The notes under the pieces: model-generated
Database searches by the model: none
Seen by the model: the letters and a program-made list of their open reading frames with translations, nothing else
What the model was told of the DNA's origin: nothing
From: Macrostomum lignano
Taxonomy: Eukaryota
Assembly (NCBI GenBank): GCA_002269645.1
Contig: NIVC01001373.1
Span: 186,001 to 250,000 of the forward strand
Direction of reading: 5' to 3'
Length of the DNA: 64,000 nucleotides
Position numbers and translations under genes: made by a program
Shown here: piece by piece, positions 45,497 through 57,175 of the stretch
Numbering within the stretch: position 1 is the first letter of the stretch
How the letters are laid out: the number at the start of each line of letters is the position of its first letter

Positions 45497-46209
45497 TTGG
45501 CTTCACTTGGCAGCCGCGCTGAAAGCGAAAAAGCAACTGAACTGTGAGCAAAGCCGTTGCCATGGCAACCGCACCGCATCCACCTGTATCATACACGTTA
45601 TTTCGATTCAAACAAATCTTCTGATCGTTGCTTTTTCTATCTGTTTCTTGTTTGTGCTTCTTCCAAAATTTGGACTATTGAGTCTCGTCTAATGAAACCT
45701 TGAAACTGTTTTTTTGCTTTCTCTGTAACAGAGTTCAGATTTTATTAGAGAAAGAGAGAAGAGTGGCCCGTGGCTCTAGTGTATAAAAAATGGTTTCATG
45801 ATTGCCTTGCTTTTAATAATTTTTTTAGATTGTTTATTTGCAATTTGTTTAAACTGGCAATTGTTGCTATTTGTTTTTGCCCCGATCGCGCGCTCTCCTC
45901 ATTCACTCTCAGTACCTCTGATTGAAAGGTTCAATTCGCTCTCTGACTTGCTTTCTGTATCAATATTCGCTTATTAGCCTTTGCTAGCTCAGCATTAGCA
46001 CGCGTGTACTGTAAATATAAATATTTTTCAATCATGTGCAAAATGATTGAAGACTCACTTTCATTTTCAATTCATCTTTGTTTTTATTGCCGTAGAAGTT
46101 TTACTGCGTTATGTTGCTGACAACCGGCACAAGTTGAAACTCCTCATTACCTCATGGGAATATTGGACCGTTTGATTTATGGGGAATTAATGTCTAGTGA
46201 ATTTACTAG

Positions 46210-46640
46210 CTGGGTCTATGGGACTATAGGAGCTAAATCTATAGGATGTAGTAGATCTTGGGACCATAGGGTCTTTAAATCTATAAGATCTATTAGATCT
46301 ATGGGACTATAGGATCTATAAATCTATAAGATACATTAGATCTAAAGGACGATAGAATCTATGAGATCTATTAGATGTATGGGACTATAGGATCTATTAG
46401 ATCTAAGTGACTATATGAACTATAAATCTAAAGGATCTATTAGATCTAAGTGACTACATGAACTATAAATCTAAAGGATCTATTAGATCTAAGTGACTAT
46501 ATGAACTATAAATCTAAAGGATCTATTAGATCTATGGGACTATTTGAACTATAAATCTAAAGGGTCTATTAGATCTATGGGACTATTTGATCTATAAATC
46601 CCATAGGATCTGGGGATCTATTAGATCTAGAGGGACCATG
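46210..46640. repeat. Degenerate GATCTA-rich array
   Basis: Recurrent ggatctattagatctatgggactat. Confidence 0.85.
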
Positions 46641-47454
46641 TGACCTGTGTTTCTATCAGATCTAAGGTTTGGCTCTCGTCAAACTATTTTTATTAATTTC
46701 GCACAGGTTCAGTGCAGTTCGTCACTTCTATAAATTGCTAGGCAGGCCAGGCCCCATATTGATTATTAATAGCTTCTACAATACTTTCGGAGCCTAGTTT
46801 CCTATTCTGCATAGTAACTAACTAGCTCGTACTGTGAAGTTTCTAAATGAAGTAGACCACCCGCCCCTAACAGACAGAAAAATGTGGTGAGCGCATGTGG
46901 CGTTTATTTCAGGTATTTCCGTCACAGCCCCCCCACCTCTACGTGTGTAGTCTGTCTACACTGGGTCTCCAGCCACTGCACTGCCACGCCCTGTCTCTGT
47001 CTCTCAACTCTGCCCTCCTCTGTTTGTACGCTTCGCCGCGTACATGGCGCTGATCACGTGATGAAATGAGTTGCTTTTTTTACTCGTAATAAATTTACAA
47101 AGAACCTTAGTAGCAGAAACAGAAGATAGCTTCAGTGTGATGGTTTTCGAAGTTTCCAACTTATGTAGGGGTCACTAAATATGTATTCTCTTGTACTGCA
47201 TTCTGTTGTGCTTGTAAATTGCTGAATCTCTGCGCTCAGTCTAAGTAGTAGTTTGTGTTAACTTAAATTGCGCTTCTAATAATGGTCACACGCTTCAGTA
47301 TTCTGCTTTTATATTTATAATAATGCGCTTTCTGTGTGTTTGGCGACCTGCTTGTCTAACTTGACTACTTCTCTACCTTGTCTAATGTCTACTTCTCTTA
47401 TCTCTGTCTAGCTGTCTAATTCTCTTTTCTACTTTGTCTACGTCTCTTCTCTCT

Positions 47455-47645
47455 TCTCTAGCCTGTCTACTCCTCTACCCTGTCTACTCCTCTACCCTGT
47501 CTACTCCTCTAGCCTGTCTACTCCTCTACCCTGTCTACTCCTCTACCCTGTCTACTCCTCTACCCTGTCTACTCCTCTACCCTGTCTACTCCTCTACCCT
47601 GTCTACTCCTCTACCCTGTCTACTCCTCTACCCTGTCTACTTCTC
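47455..47645. repeat. 17-bp minisatellite
   Basis: Unit ctactcctctaccctgt. Confidence 0.9.
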
Positions 47646-48385
47646 TCCTCTTCTCTCTAGCTGTCCACTCTTCTCTACCTTGCCTACTTCTGTAAAATTT
47701 CTGCATCTTTTCAACGCGTGTCCCTGTTTTGCACTTTTAACAAATGAGCCTACCTCTAACACTCGGGCCCTCTCCCACTGACTAGCCAAGCTCGGCATGG
47801 GCTGCTATGCTTCTACAACAAATATATTTTCAAACACCGCGCCTACTGCGCATGTAAGTTGCTCTAATCGGATTGGTTCTCTACAGACATAATTGCTTGA
47901 TTTTAACCACATAAAGTTATTTTAGTATAACTGATAAATTGATTGTATTTTATCACGGTTAGCTTGAGTGTCTGTCAAAAAAATATTTAGATGTTTTCAC
48001 TTTTAGACAAAGTTCAACCAGCACTTTGTAAGCCACTGATGTAATGCTTAAAATATTGTATTCGTGATTATTATAATTCAACATCCGCTCTGTTTTGTTG
48101 CGCGCGTCTTTAATTCAATTTTTGGGGCTTATTTGCACCACAGAAAATGCACTTCTCATTGTGTGTGTGGTGTTGCTATGCGCGTATTCCACATCGTGTT
48201 GCGGTAATTGACTCGCAATCACTTTGCATTCGTTATTCATGCGATCAAATATACGAGTAGTAAATTTTTACCGCCGGCTTATATCATTGTTTTTATTAAC
48301 ATGCGCTGATTGCGCTGAGTATACAAATGAGCGGTGATATCAATGAGCGGTGATAGCGTCGCTACCATGCCGTGGATTACATACA

Positions 48386-48482
48386 AAGAATCGTCTAATA
48401 CTAGGAGATGAGCCATAGACAGTATCTCGACGCTTCGCTCGGAGATTCTGTATGACTCATCTCCTCGTATCAGACGATTCTT
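48386..48482. repeat. ~97-bp imperfect hairpin with GACGCTTCGCTCG loop
   Basis: Arm aagaatcgtctaatactaggagatgagccatagacagtatctc pairs with gagattctgtatgactcatctcctcgtatcagacgattctt. Confidence 0.75.
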
Positions 48483-48539
48483 GTTTAGTTTTTAAGCGAG
48501 ATCAGGTTAGATTAATGTGAGATTGTCTATCGGGTGAGA

Positions 48540-48762
48540 TTATCATCATCATCATTATTAGCATCATCATCACGTCCGTAGCAAGTATAACAGTTGGTGC
48601 ACCCATTTCTCGACAGCGACTCTCCAACACCTCCGTCTTTTGATCAGATCCACAAACCCTTCCAAATCATTTCCGCGGATTCTTGTCGCTTCTTTTTTAA
48701 TCCAATCGTTGTTTTCCAGGAAATGCCCAGCATCCTTTAGGTTTTCATCTCGAAAGCCTATC
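48540..48762 (-). mobile_element. Probable 5'-truncated 3' end of a non-LTR retrotransposon (RTE-like)
   Basis: The minus-strand frame DWIKKEATRIRGNDLEGFVDLIKRRRCWRVAV...* resembles the RTE C-terminal W..(D/K)R..WR pattern and is followed directly by a (GAT)n-type tail. Confidence 0.45.
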
Positions 48763-48769
48763 TCGGGGA

Positions 48770-49492
48770 GATATGCTTAGGTTGAGATGTCGTGGGGAGA
48801 GATATTCTTAGAGTGAGATCTTGTGTTGGGAGATATTGTTAGGATAAAATCTAGTGGGGAGAGATATTTCTTAGAGTGAGATCTCGTGTTGGGAGATATT
48901 GTTAGGGTAAAATCTAGTGGGGAGAGATATTCTTAGAGTGAGATCTCGTGTTGGGAGATATTGTTAGGGTAAAATCTAGTGGGGAGAGATATTCTTAGAG
49001 TGAGATCTCGTGTTGGGAGATATTGTTAGGATAAAATCTAGTGGGGAGAGATATTTCTTAGAGTGAGATCTCGTGTTGGGAGATATTGTTAGGGTAAAAT
49101 CTAGTGGGGAGAGATATTCTTAGAGTGAGATCTCGTGTTGGGAGATATTGTTAGGGTAAAATCTTAGAGTGAGATCTCGTGAGATATTGTTATATCTCTT
49201 AGAGTGAGATCTCGTGTTGGGAGATATTGTTAGGGTAAAATCTAGTGGGGAGAGATATTCTTAGAGTGAGATCTCGTGTTGGGAGATATTGTTAGGGTAA
49301 AATCTAATGGGAGAGATATTCTTAGGGTGAGATCTCATGGGGAGAGATATTCTCGTGAGGAGACATTCTTAGGGTGAGATCTCGTGGGGAGAGATATTGT
49401 TATGGTGAGATCTCGTGAGGAGGCATTCTTAGGTGAGATCTCGTGAGGAGAGATTTTCTTAGGGTGAGATCTCGTGAGGAGAGATATTCCTA
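48770..49492. repeat. Dimeric (~31+31 bp) satellite
   Basis: gagatattcttagagtgagatctcgtgttgg alternating with gagatattgttagggtaaaatctagtgggga. Confidence 0.9.
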
Positions 49493-50279
49493 GAAAGAGA
49501 TTTTCAAGGTTAAGTTTACCGTAGGAACAATTGGCATAAGGGTCAGAATTCTATTATGTAAGGTTCTCATAGAATGAGACCTGAGATTTTCACCTTCGGG
49601 CATTTGTCGGCAAACATTTTCCCTATCCCAATTGCTCCGGCTAAACAGGCAAGCGCAGCCGCATAGGGCATGCTGGCTGAAGAAATATTTGATAGCAATG
49701 CATGTGCAGTCCCGGCCTTCAGTCCCTGGAATAGGGAAAGTGCTCCAAGACACCTCCCTGCTTTCCCCTCGCTCGCTCCCCCCCCCACAACCTCCAATCT
49801 CGCCCTGTGGCTCCCAAGGCGGCAGATTAAGAGAGAAAGCTTTCTTCCTCAAGCGAAGCAGCCCCGCCCGCTCGTCTAATCTTCTCAGTCTCTAAGCTCA
49901 GTTGGTGGAATGGTTACTGGCAACTATTAGCCATTACATGCGTACTTCTCTTCTCCGATATATGGATGCGCTAACCCGTTGTTTTTTGGTATTTTATCGA
50001 TCTGCAACCTTCATAGCCATTCCTAACCCGAGGCCTTATCTCTATGACCTGTGCTACAATGGCCTGTTAACTTCATTGTATTTGTAGTTAGCATTTATAT
50101 ACAGGTATATTATATCCAACCGTGCTAGCAAGAGATTCTCCGCTATTTTTTCGCTCTCTTATCTTGATAGGCTTGATAATTAATTTATCTGGTTGCCAGA
50201 GCTATGAGCACGAATCAAAGTTTGTATTGATGGGCATTCAGTATAGAATTCAAAAAATCCATTTTTTTAGCCAAAGCCC

Positions 50280-50545
50280 CAGTCTATCTATCCACTGTCT
50301 ATGGCCGAACCTCCAGTCTGCCTATCTAACCACTGTCTATGGCCAAACCTTTGTTCTATATATCTATCTGCTGTCTATGGCTGAAACTCCAGTCAGCCTA
50401 TCTAACCTCTGTCTATGGCCCAACCTCCAGTCAGCCTATCTATCTGCTGTCTATGGCTGAAACCCCAGTCAGCCTATCTAACCACTGTCTATGGCCCAAC
50501 CTCCAGTCAGCCTGTCTATCTGCTGTCTATGGTCGAATCCCCAGT
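50280..50545. repeat. ~37-bp degenerate array upstream of MOCS2B
   Basis: ctatggccgaacctccagtctgcctatctaaccactgt variants. Confidence 0.85.
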
Positions 50546-50699
50546 CCACCTATCTGCTCCTCTCTATATATGTGGTCGAAACCTCAGCCTGCTACATGCA
50601 AATGCCTACAGCTTATATAAACCAAGTATTCTGGTTATATTTCGAATACCAACTGTCACTTTCCAGCCTTGGCAGCCACCCGGAGACCAACTTATAAAA

Positions 50700-51927
50700 A
50701 TGAACTTTGTCGAGGTGACGCCCGAGCCGCTAAGCCTGGACCGAATTCACCAGCTGGTTGTGGACCCAACCTGCGGCGCAGTGTGCCACTTTGTTGGTGA
50801 GTAGATAAATGAATGCTACTAAATATTGCAACTATCCTACTCACAATCCAGCTGAATAGTAGTGCAAACGAGTTTTGTCAATCTTTATTGGGTGCAATTT
50901 TTTACAAAAAAACCAGGCACTACTCGCGACTCGTTCGAAGGCCGGGAGGTGGTGCGACTGGAATACGAAGCCTACGAGGAGATGGCGCGTAAAGAGATGC
51001 TGGCCATCTGCCTGCAGGCCAGGCAGCGGTGGAGCTGCCTGCGGCATTTGGCTATCTATCATCGGACTGGGTGAGCTGGGCTTGGTGTTCTGTATTCAGA
51101 GCTACACTTCGGCTCCTTTCTCCCCCCTCCCTTCTCCCCTCTCCCTTCTCCCTCTCCCCTCCTTTCTCTCCCCTCCTTTCACCCTCTCCCTTCTCCCTCT
51201 CCCCTCCCTTTTCCCCTCTCCTTTCACCCTCTCCCTTCTCCCTAGCTCCCCTCCCTTCTCCCTAGCTCCCCTCCCTTCTCCCCTCTCCCTTTCCCCCTTC
51301 CTTCTCCCCTCTTTCTTCTGCCCTCTTCCTCCCTTCTCCCCTCTCCTTTCCCCCTCTCCCTTCTCTCCTTTCCCTTCTCCCCCTCCCTTCTTTCCCCAAC
51401 CTTCTCCATTCTCACTCTACCCTCCTCTCCTCTTCCTTCTCCACCTCTCCTCTCTCCCTACCCCTCTCTTGCCCCGTTGTCTGTTTCCATTTTTATTTTA
51501 TTTTATTGTTTCTCAATATTTTTGGCCATCCAGTGTCTCCTTCTCTCCTTCTGCCTTCGCTCACTCACGCTCACTCTCCTCTTTTCTGTTTACCCAATCA
51601 AGATACTTTGCAATTAGCAAATCGGATGCGCTCCCATCCCGCAGCCTGGTGCCCGTTGGCGAGGCCAGCATCATCATAGCCGTGTCGTCTCCGCACCGCT
51701 CGGAGGCCATCAAAGCCGTTGAGTTCGCGATCAACGCCGCCAAAGCCACGGTGCCGGTCTGGAAAAAGGAGATTTACGCGGGCGACCAGCCGCCTCAGTG
51801 GAAGGTCAACGCAGAGTGCCAGTGGGCCGGCACTGCCGCCGCTTCCGCCGGCGCGGACAAGCCGGCGTCTCCCGGAGAGGCCGCCTCCTCTGCAGGCGGC
51901 GCCAGGCCGGCTAACGGACACGCTTGA
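50700..51927 (+). CDS. MOCS2: Molybdopterin synthase catalytic (large) subunit, MOCS2B/MoaE family, 177 aa
   Basis: Exons 50700-50796, 50917-51070 and 51645-51927 total 534 nt. Motifs: [62 protein letters not shown]. Confidence 0.95.
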
Positions 51928-52168
51928 TTGTCTACCGATATGTATCGAAATTATTTCTAACTTCTTGGGACTCTAGGCTTCAATTAGCGAGGATTGAATT
52001 GCTGAATGCTCAGGTATAAATTATGTAAGAAATGAGCAAGTTAAATGACTGGTTGGTGTATTTTTTCAGTTCTGTTTTCTAGCAATTCCATGGTGCTCAT
52101 CCTGTTGCCTTGAATACGTGCAAAACTCGTTTTATAACGCGTAAATATGCTCGTATATATATGTAGAT

Positions 52169-52645
52169 GCCTGTGGCATTTGACTATCTTTCATCGGACT
52201 GGGTTGAGTTGGGCTTCATGTCTCCGCATTCCGAGCTACCCTCTTGGGCTCCTTTCTCTCTTCTCCCCTCTCTCCAATCTTCCTCTCTGCCTTCCCCTCT
52301 CTCCTATCTTCCTCTCTCCCTTTCCCCTCTCCCTCCTCCCCTCTTTCTCTCTTCTCCCCTCTCCCTTCCCCTCTCTCATATCTTTCTCTCTCCCTTTCCC
52401 CTCTCCCTCCTCCCCTCTTTCTCTCTTCTCCCCTCTCCTTTTCCCCTCTCTCCTATCTTCCTCTCTCCCTTTCCCCTCTCCCTCCTCCCCTCTTTCTCTC
52501 TTCTCCCCTCTCCCTTCCCCTCTCTCCTATCTTCCTCTCTGCCTTTTCCCTCTCCCTCCTCCCCTCTTTCCCCCTTTTCCTCTCTCCCTTTCCCCTCTCT
52601 CCCTTTCCCCCTCTCCCTCGCTCCTCTCCCCTCCCTTCTCCCTAT
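52169..52645 (+). pseudogene. Degenerate partial duplicate of the MOCS2B exon 2 3' end and intron 2
   Basis: 52169-52256 aligns with 51037-51120 (gcctgtggcatttgactatctttcatcggactgggt vs gcctgcggcatttggctatctatcatcggactgggt) and is followed by the same type of CT-rich tract. Confidence 0.7.
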
Positions 52646-53294
52646 TCCGTCTGCTGATGCTGTTGCCTTGAATGTGTGTAAAACTTATCTATATGTAGCT
52701 CAATTCTAAACTGCAGATCCTACTCATCCTACTGTTAGTAGATTCTAAATAAATCTGGCTGTGAACTAAAGAAAATCAGAGATAAACCTCCATGCTCTAA
52801 TTAAGGTCGTGGCAAAGACTTCATATAAAAATAACACAACATTATGTTCATTCATTGTATTATTTCCCGGAACAGAATAGTCAACAATTATGAAAATAGT
52901 ACACAATCATTTATTGAACATACAGGCTACTTGAATAACAGTCAGTTTTTTTGGCAAGCAAAATAGGAGAGCACCAACTATGATATAAAATCAAATTGTT
53001 CATGGGAATTTGTTTAGAGCACCAAAATGATGGAAATCTTGTCAGCTCGGTTGCAATGTGGAATAAAAAACGCACATTCTACAGACGATGATAAGCAAGT
53101 GCTAGCATTGATTTTAGTCAGTACAGAATATATTATATTGCTCATTAGCAGTAGTAAATCAAGGTGCGCCATTAAAAGCATGCAATGGGTTTCTATAAAA
53201 GAAGCGTGTGTACAAACCACTCGGCAGCTGCGGCCTGATCGATACTCCTGTAAATCAATATTAGTAATGCTTTGCTAAATTGGTATTGGGGATG

Positions 53295-53700
53295 AGGTGC
53301 TTCAGGAAGGAGAGGGTGAGGTTTTTCTAGCGAGAGGGTGAGGTGCTTCAGGCGGGAGAGGGTGAGGTACTTCAGGCGGGAGAGGGTGAGGTGCTTCGGG
53401 CGGGAGAGGGTGAGGTGCTTCGGGCGGGAGAGGGTGAGGTGCTCCAGGCGGGAGAGGGTGAAGTGCTCCAGGCGGGAGAGGGGTGAGGCGCTTCAGGCGG
53501 GAGAGGGTGAGGTGCTCCAGGCGGGAGAGGGTGAGGTGCTTCAGGCGGGAGAGGGTGAGGTGCTCCAGGCGGGAGAGGGTGAGGTGCTCCAGGCGGGAGA
53601 GGGTGAGGTGCTTCAGGCGGGAGAGGGTGAGGTGCTCTAGGCGGGAGAGGGTGAGGTGCTCCAGGCGGGAGAGGGTGAGGGGCAGGAGTGGGTGAGGTGT
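53295..53700. repeat. 24-bp minisatellite
   Basis: Unit gagagggtgaggtgctccaggcgg. Confidence 0.95.
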
Positions 53701-54292
53701 TTCTAGCGGAAGGGAGTGAGGTGCTTCAGACAGGAAATGTGTCCAAGATTCAGTTGTTTCAAATAGTACACTGCAGCGGATTCTAGCCTACAGAAGGGGC
53801 TCGGGATGGAAGGCAGAGGCTAGAAAAGTGCAGGCAATTTGAAGCAGACTGGAGAAGCTGCTATAATCCATTTAGACTATAACTGAACAAACAATGGTCT
53901 AAATATTTTTCACAACAATGAGGAAGTCTTTCGGGGGGCGCAAAAACATTGGTGCATAAAAATTGAATTGAAGCGCGGGTGCACCGAACACGGAAATTGA
54001 AGGCTGTTAACAATGAAATGAAGGGAACAAATGTGCCTAGTGATGAGGAAGATAGATGCTAAATTGCAACAAAAGCAGCTGCGGGGACAGATCTCCCACG
54101 CTGAGCTCAGCGGGGTTTCACTCTTGACTGGCGCGCTGTCTGGATGAAAAAAAAGATTTCGAGTACCGGGCAAGTTCGGAACAAAAAATAAAATAATATT
54201 GCCAAAAATAGAAAAAGCCAAGCTGCTCGAGAAGAAAAGAAATCTTAGCTGCTTTTAGTTTTATTCAGTAGTTCCGGATCTGTGCGTGCGCC

Positions 54293-55543
54293 TCACGTGA
54301 GCTGCGCCGCCAGACGCTGAACCCGGCTCAGGCCGTCCATGTAGTTGAACAACTGCTTCAAGAACTCCTCGTCGTTGACGGCGCCTTCGACTCCGCTGCC
54401 GCCGCCGCCGCCGCCGCTGCACACGATCAGATTGCTGATGCCGTTGATGCCGGCCCGGAAGTACGCCTCCAGCCGGCGCAAGTGGCGCAGCAGCTGCGCG
54501 TTGTCCACGCCGGCCGGACAGGAGGCGGCCAGGCGGTTTGTCATCAAATTCTGCGGCTGCTGCGGCAGCGGCGGAGGGGGCGGCGGCGGCGGCATGGCGG
54601 ATAAGTCGGCGGCGTAAGCGCGCAATGGCGGCGGCTGCTGCTGCAGCTGGTGCGGCGGGGCCACCCCCGAGGCGATGGCGGCGCTCAGCATGGCGAGAAA
54701 CTCCGGGCTGTTCAACGCGGCCACGCTGCCGCCACCGGAAGACATGTTCAAGCCTGCGAGCTGCTGAACACTCGGATGACACGGCTGATGCTGCTGCGGC
54801 AGCCTCGGTGGCGGCGGCGGCGGCGGCATCGGTATCGGAAAGGCGGCAGTCGGGGAGTCCAGCGGGTCGACCGAGGCCACATTCAACAGGCTGCCGGATG
54901 TCGGGGCGGCCTCCTCGTCATCGCCGTCGCTGTCAACGATAACGTCCTCGTCCGCCGCCTCGTCCGTCTGCTGCTGCAGCTCCTCATCTTCGGCTTCGTC
55001 TGCAACGCTGGAATGCCGCGGTCGCTTCAGCGGGGAGTCGCCGCCGCCGCCGCCATCGTCCAGTTGCCGAGGCGTCAGCGGCCATTTGACTGCGACTTCG
55101 GTCGGGGTCCCCGACGCCTGGTAGTCAGCTGAGAAATACTCGTCCTGCCCGGCAGGCGGGTGACTGTGGAACCGGCAGGCCGTGACGCGGCGCACGGAGA
55201 GCAGCCGCCTGCCGATGCTGATGGCCGTGGCCGGACAGAACCGCTTGCTGCAGCGCCAGAACACCCGGCCGTCCTTGCCTGATCGGCTCTCCGTCATCTT
55301 GTAGCCGTCGATCACGATGCTTTCCTTGTTCTTGCGGGTCACGTCCCACTTGACGCTGACTATGCCGCGGGCCTCGGCACATCGACGCTCGACAACGTCT
55401 GGACGATCGCTGGCGGCGCGTTCGGGCCGATGATCGGTGTGTCGAACAGGCTGGGAGTGCGGTCGGTTCTGCTGCTGAACCGTCAGATCCAGCGCGTCTG
55501 ACAGCATGGGGTCTTCGCCCACCTGATGCTGCGGCTGCTTCAT
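54293..55543 (-). CDS. Single-exon FLYWCH-type zinc-finger protein with Pro/Gln/acidic low-complexity C-terminal half
   Basis: The ORF contains TRKNKESIVIDGYKM...VFWRCSKRFCPATA...HSH (FLYWCH/WRKY-GCM1-like C-C-H-H, about 55158-55347). First ATG at 55543, in-frame acceptor ttttccccag upstream (exon start 55600), AATAAA about 30 nt after the TGA. Confidence 0.8.
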   Translation of the reverse strand: MKQPQHQVGEDPMLSDALDLTVQQQNRPHSQPVRHTDHRPERAASDRPDVVERRCAEARGIVSVKWDVTRKNKESIVIDGYKMTESRSGKDGRVFWRCSKRFCPATAISIGRRLLSVRRVTACRFHSHPPAGQDEYFSADYQASGTPTEVAVKWPLTPRQLDDGGGGGDSPLKRPRHSSVADEAEDEELQQQTDEAADEDVIVDSDGDDEEAAPTSGSLLNVASVDPLDSPTAAFPIPMPPPPPPPRLPQQHQPCHPSVQQLAGLNMSSGGGSVAALNSPEFLAMLSAAIASGVAPPHQLQQQPPPLRAYAADLSAMPPPPPPPPLPQQPQNLMTNRLAASCPAGVDNAQLLRHLRRLEAYFRAGINGISNLIVCSGGGGGGSGVEGAVNDEEFLKQLFNYMDGLSRVQRLAAQLT

Positions 55544-56561
55544 CGCTGCTGGAACCTGCGTCGATTCGGTCGGATTCGCCGACGTTCTTGTCCCGGTTTT
55601 CTGGGGAAAATTGTCAACGAATTTGCAATGGCCGCAATGGCGTGCAAGGTTGGCTGCCTTAGGGCTTTGGAGGGAGGGTTTGTCCTCCGAATACACCGCT
55701 GTGATATGAACTTGGCTCCCAGACTATATCTCTCTCTCTCTCCAACAGAGCCTGTCAAAAGCGGCTGAGGCTCTGGCGGGAGGAGGTTGGGGCCTCTGGC
55801 GAAAAAAACTGCTTTGCACGGAATTCTCTCTCCCGCTGTGTGTTGCCCTGCCGGCCCACCGCCGACCAATCCGGTTCCTGAAGCGAACCCCCAGCGCATT
55901 CAGACCTTTTTAAAGTGGGTCTTTGTTCCGGCTGGGCCCCACCCACCCCCCCCCTCCATCGGTTGTGGGAGCCGCCAACTTAGCCATACTTACTGCTACT
56001 ACTATGACTGCTACGTAAGTTTTTTAAAGGAGGCCGGGTGGGTTGGACGGCTCCCACGACGGAGTTTAATACGGACTTGGGGGGGGGTAGGGAGAGGGGC
56101 CGAGCATCAATATAGTCAAATTCTTGTCTCGACCCGCTATCAACCCATTCGTATCAGTTTGTCTAAGCGAGGACGAAAAGAAAAAAGAGTTCTGTGTGTG
56201 TGTGCCTGTCCGTGTGTTCGTGTGTGTGTGTGTGCTTCCAACACACATCCGGGTGCTGCGTTCTTGAATGCTGTACGAGTACGATGTGTTCAGGTATCGC
56301 TTTCTTAATACCGAAATTTCACAATGCCCAAAGACACCTGCCTTCACAAGACCGAAAATTATTTTTCTAAAAGAGCATAGAAACTATTGGAGGCTGGGGC
56401 TATGCAATAAAACGATGAAAAAATTATTAATTATGTCGATGATTATTAAAATCAAAACTATTTTCAACAATCGACAAACTTGAATTATACCCGTTATTCT
56501 TACTATTGTCCTTCTGTTGTGCGCTGTCTTAGATTTAAACTAGGTTAAAGTTCATTACGAG

Positions 56562-57175
56562 CCAGATTAGGCGCCACCCCCCCCACTCACCCACCAGTCC
56601 TTCATTAGATAAGGCGCCCCCCACTCACCCATCAGTCCTTCATTAGATAAGGCGCCCCCCCCACTCACCCATCAGTCCTTCATTAGATAAGGCGCCCCCA
56701 CTCACCCATCAGTCCTTCATTAGATAAAGCGCCCCCACTCACCCACCAGTCCTTCATTACATAAGGCGCCCCCCCACTCACCCATCAGTCCTTCATTACA
56801 TAAGGCGCCCCCCACTCACCCATCAGTCCTTCATTACATAAGGCGCCCCCACTCACCCACCAGTCCTTCATTACATAAGGCGCTCCCCCCACTCACCCAT
56901 CAGTCCTTCATTACATAAGGCGCCCCCCCCACTCACCCCCACTCATCTACCAGTCCTTCATTAGATAAGGCGCCACCACCCCCACTCACCCCCACTCATC
57001 TACCAGTCCTTCATTAGATAAGGCGCCACCACCCCCACTCACCCCCACTCATCTACCAGTCCTTCATTAGATAAGGCGCCACCACCCCCACTCACCCCCA
57101 CTCATCTACCAGTCCTTCATTAGAAAAGGCGCCACCACCCCCACTCACCCACCAGTCCTTCATTAGAACATGCGC
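56562..57175. repeat. ~38-55 bp minisatellite
   Basis: ccactcacccatcagtccttcattagataaggcgcccc variants. Confidence 0.93.

Noticed and set aside
49632-49895. ORF containing PPISPCGSQGG as a candidate MOCS2A
   Set aside because: MOCS2A must end in Gly-Gly; this ORF continues for more than 20 residues and lacks the N-terminal V.YFA motif.
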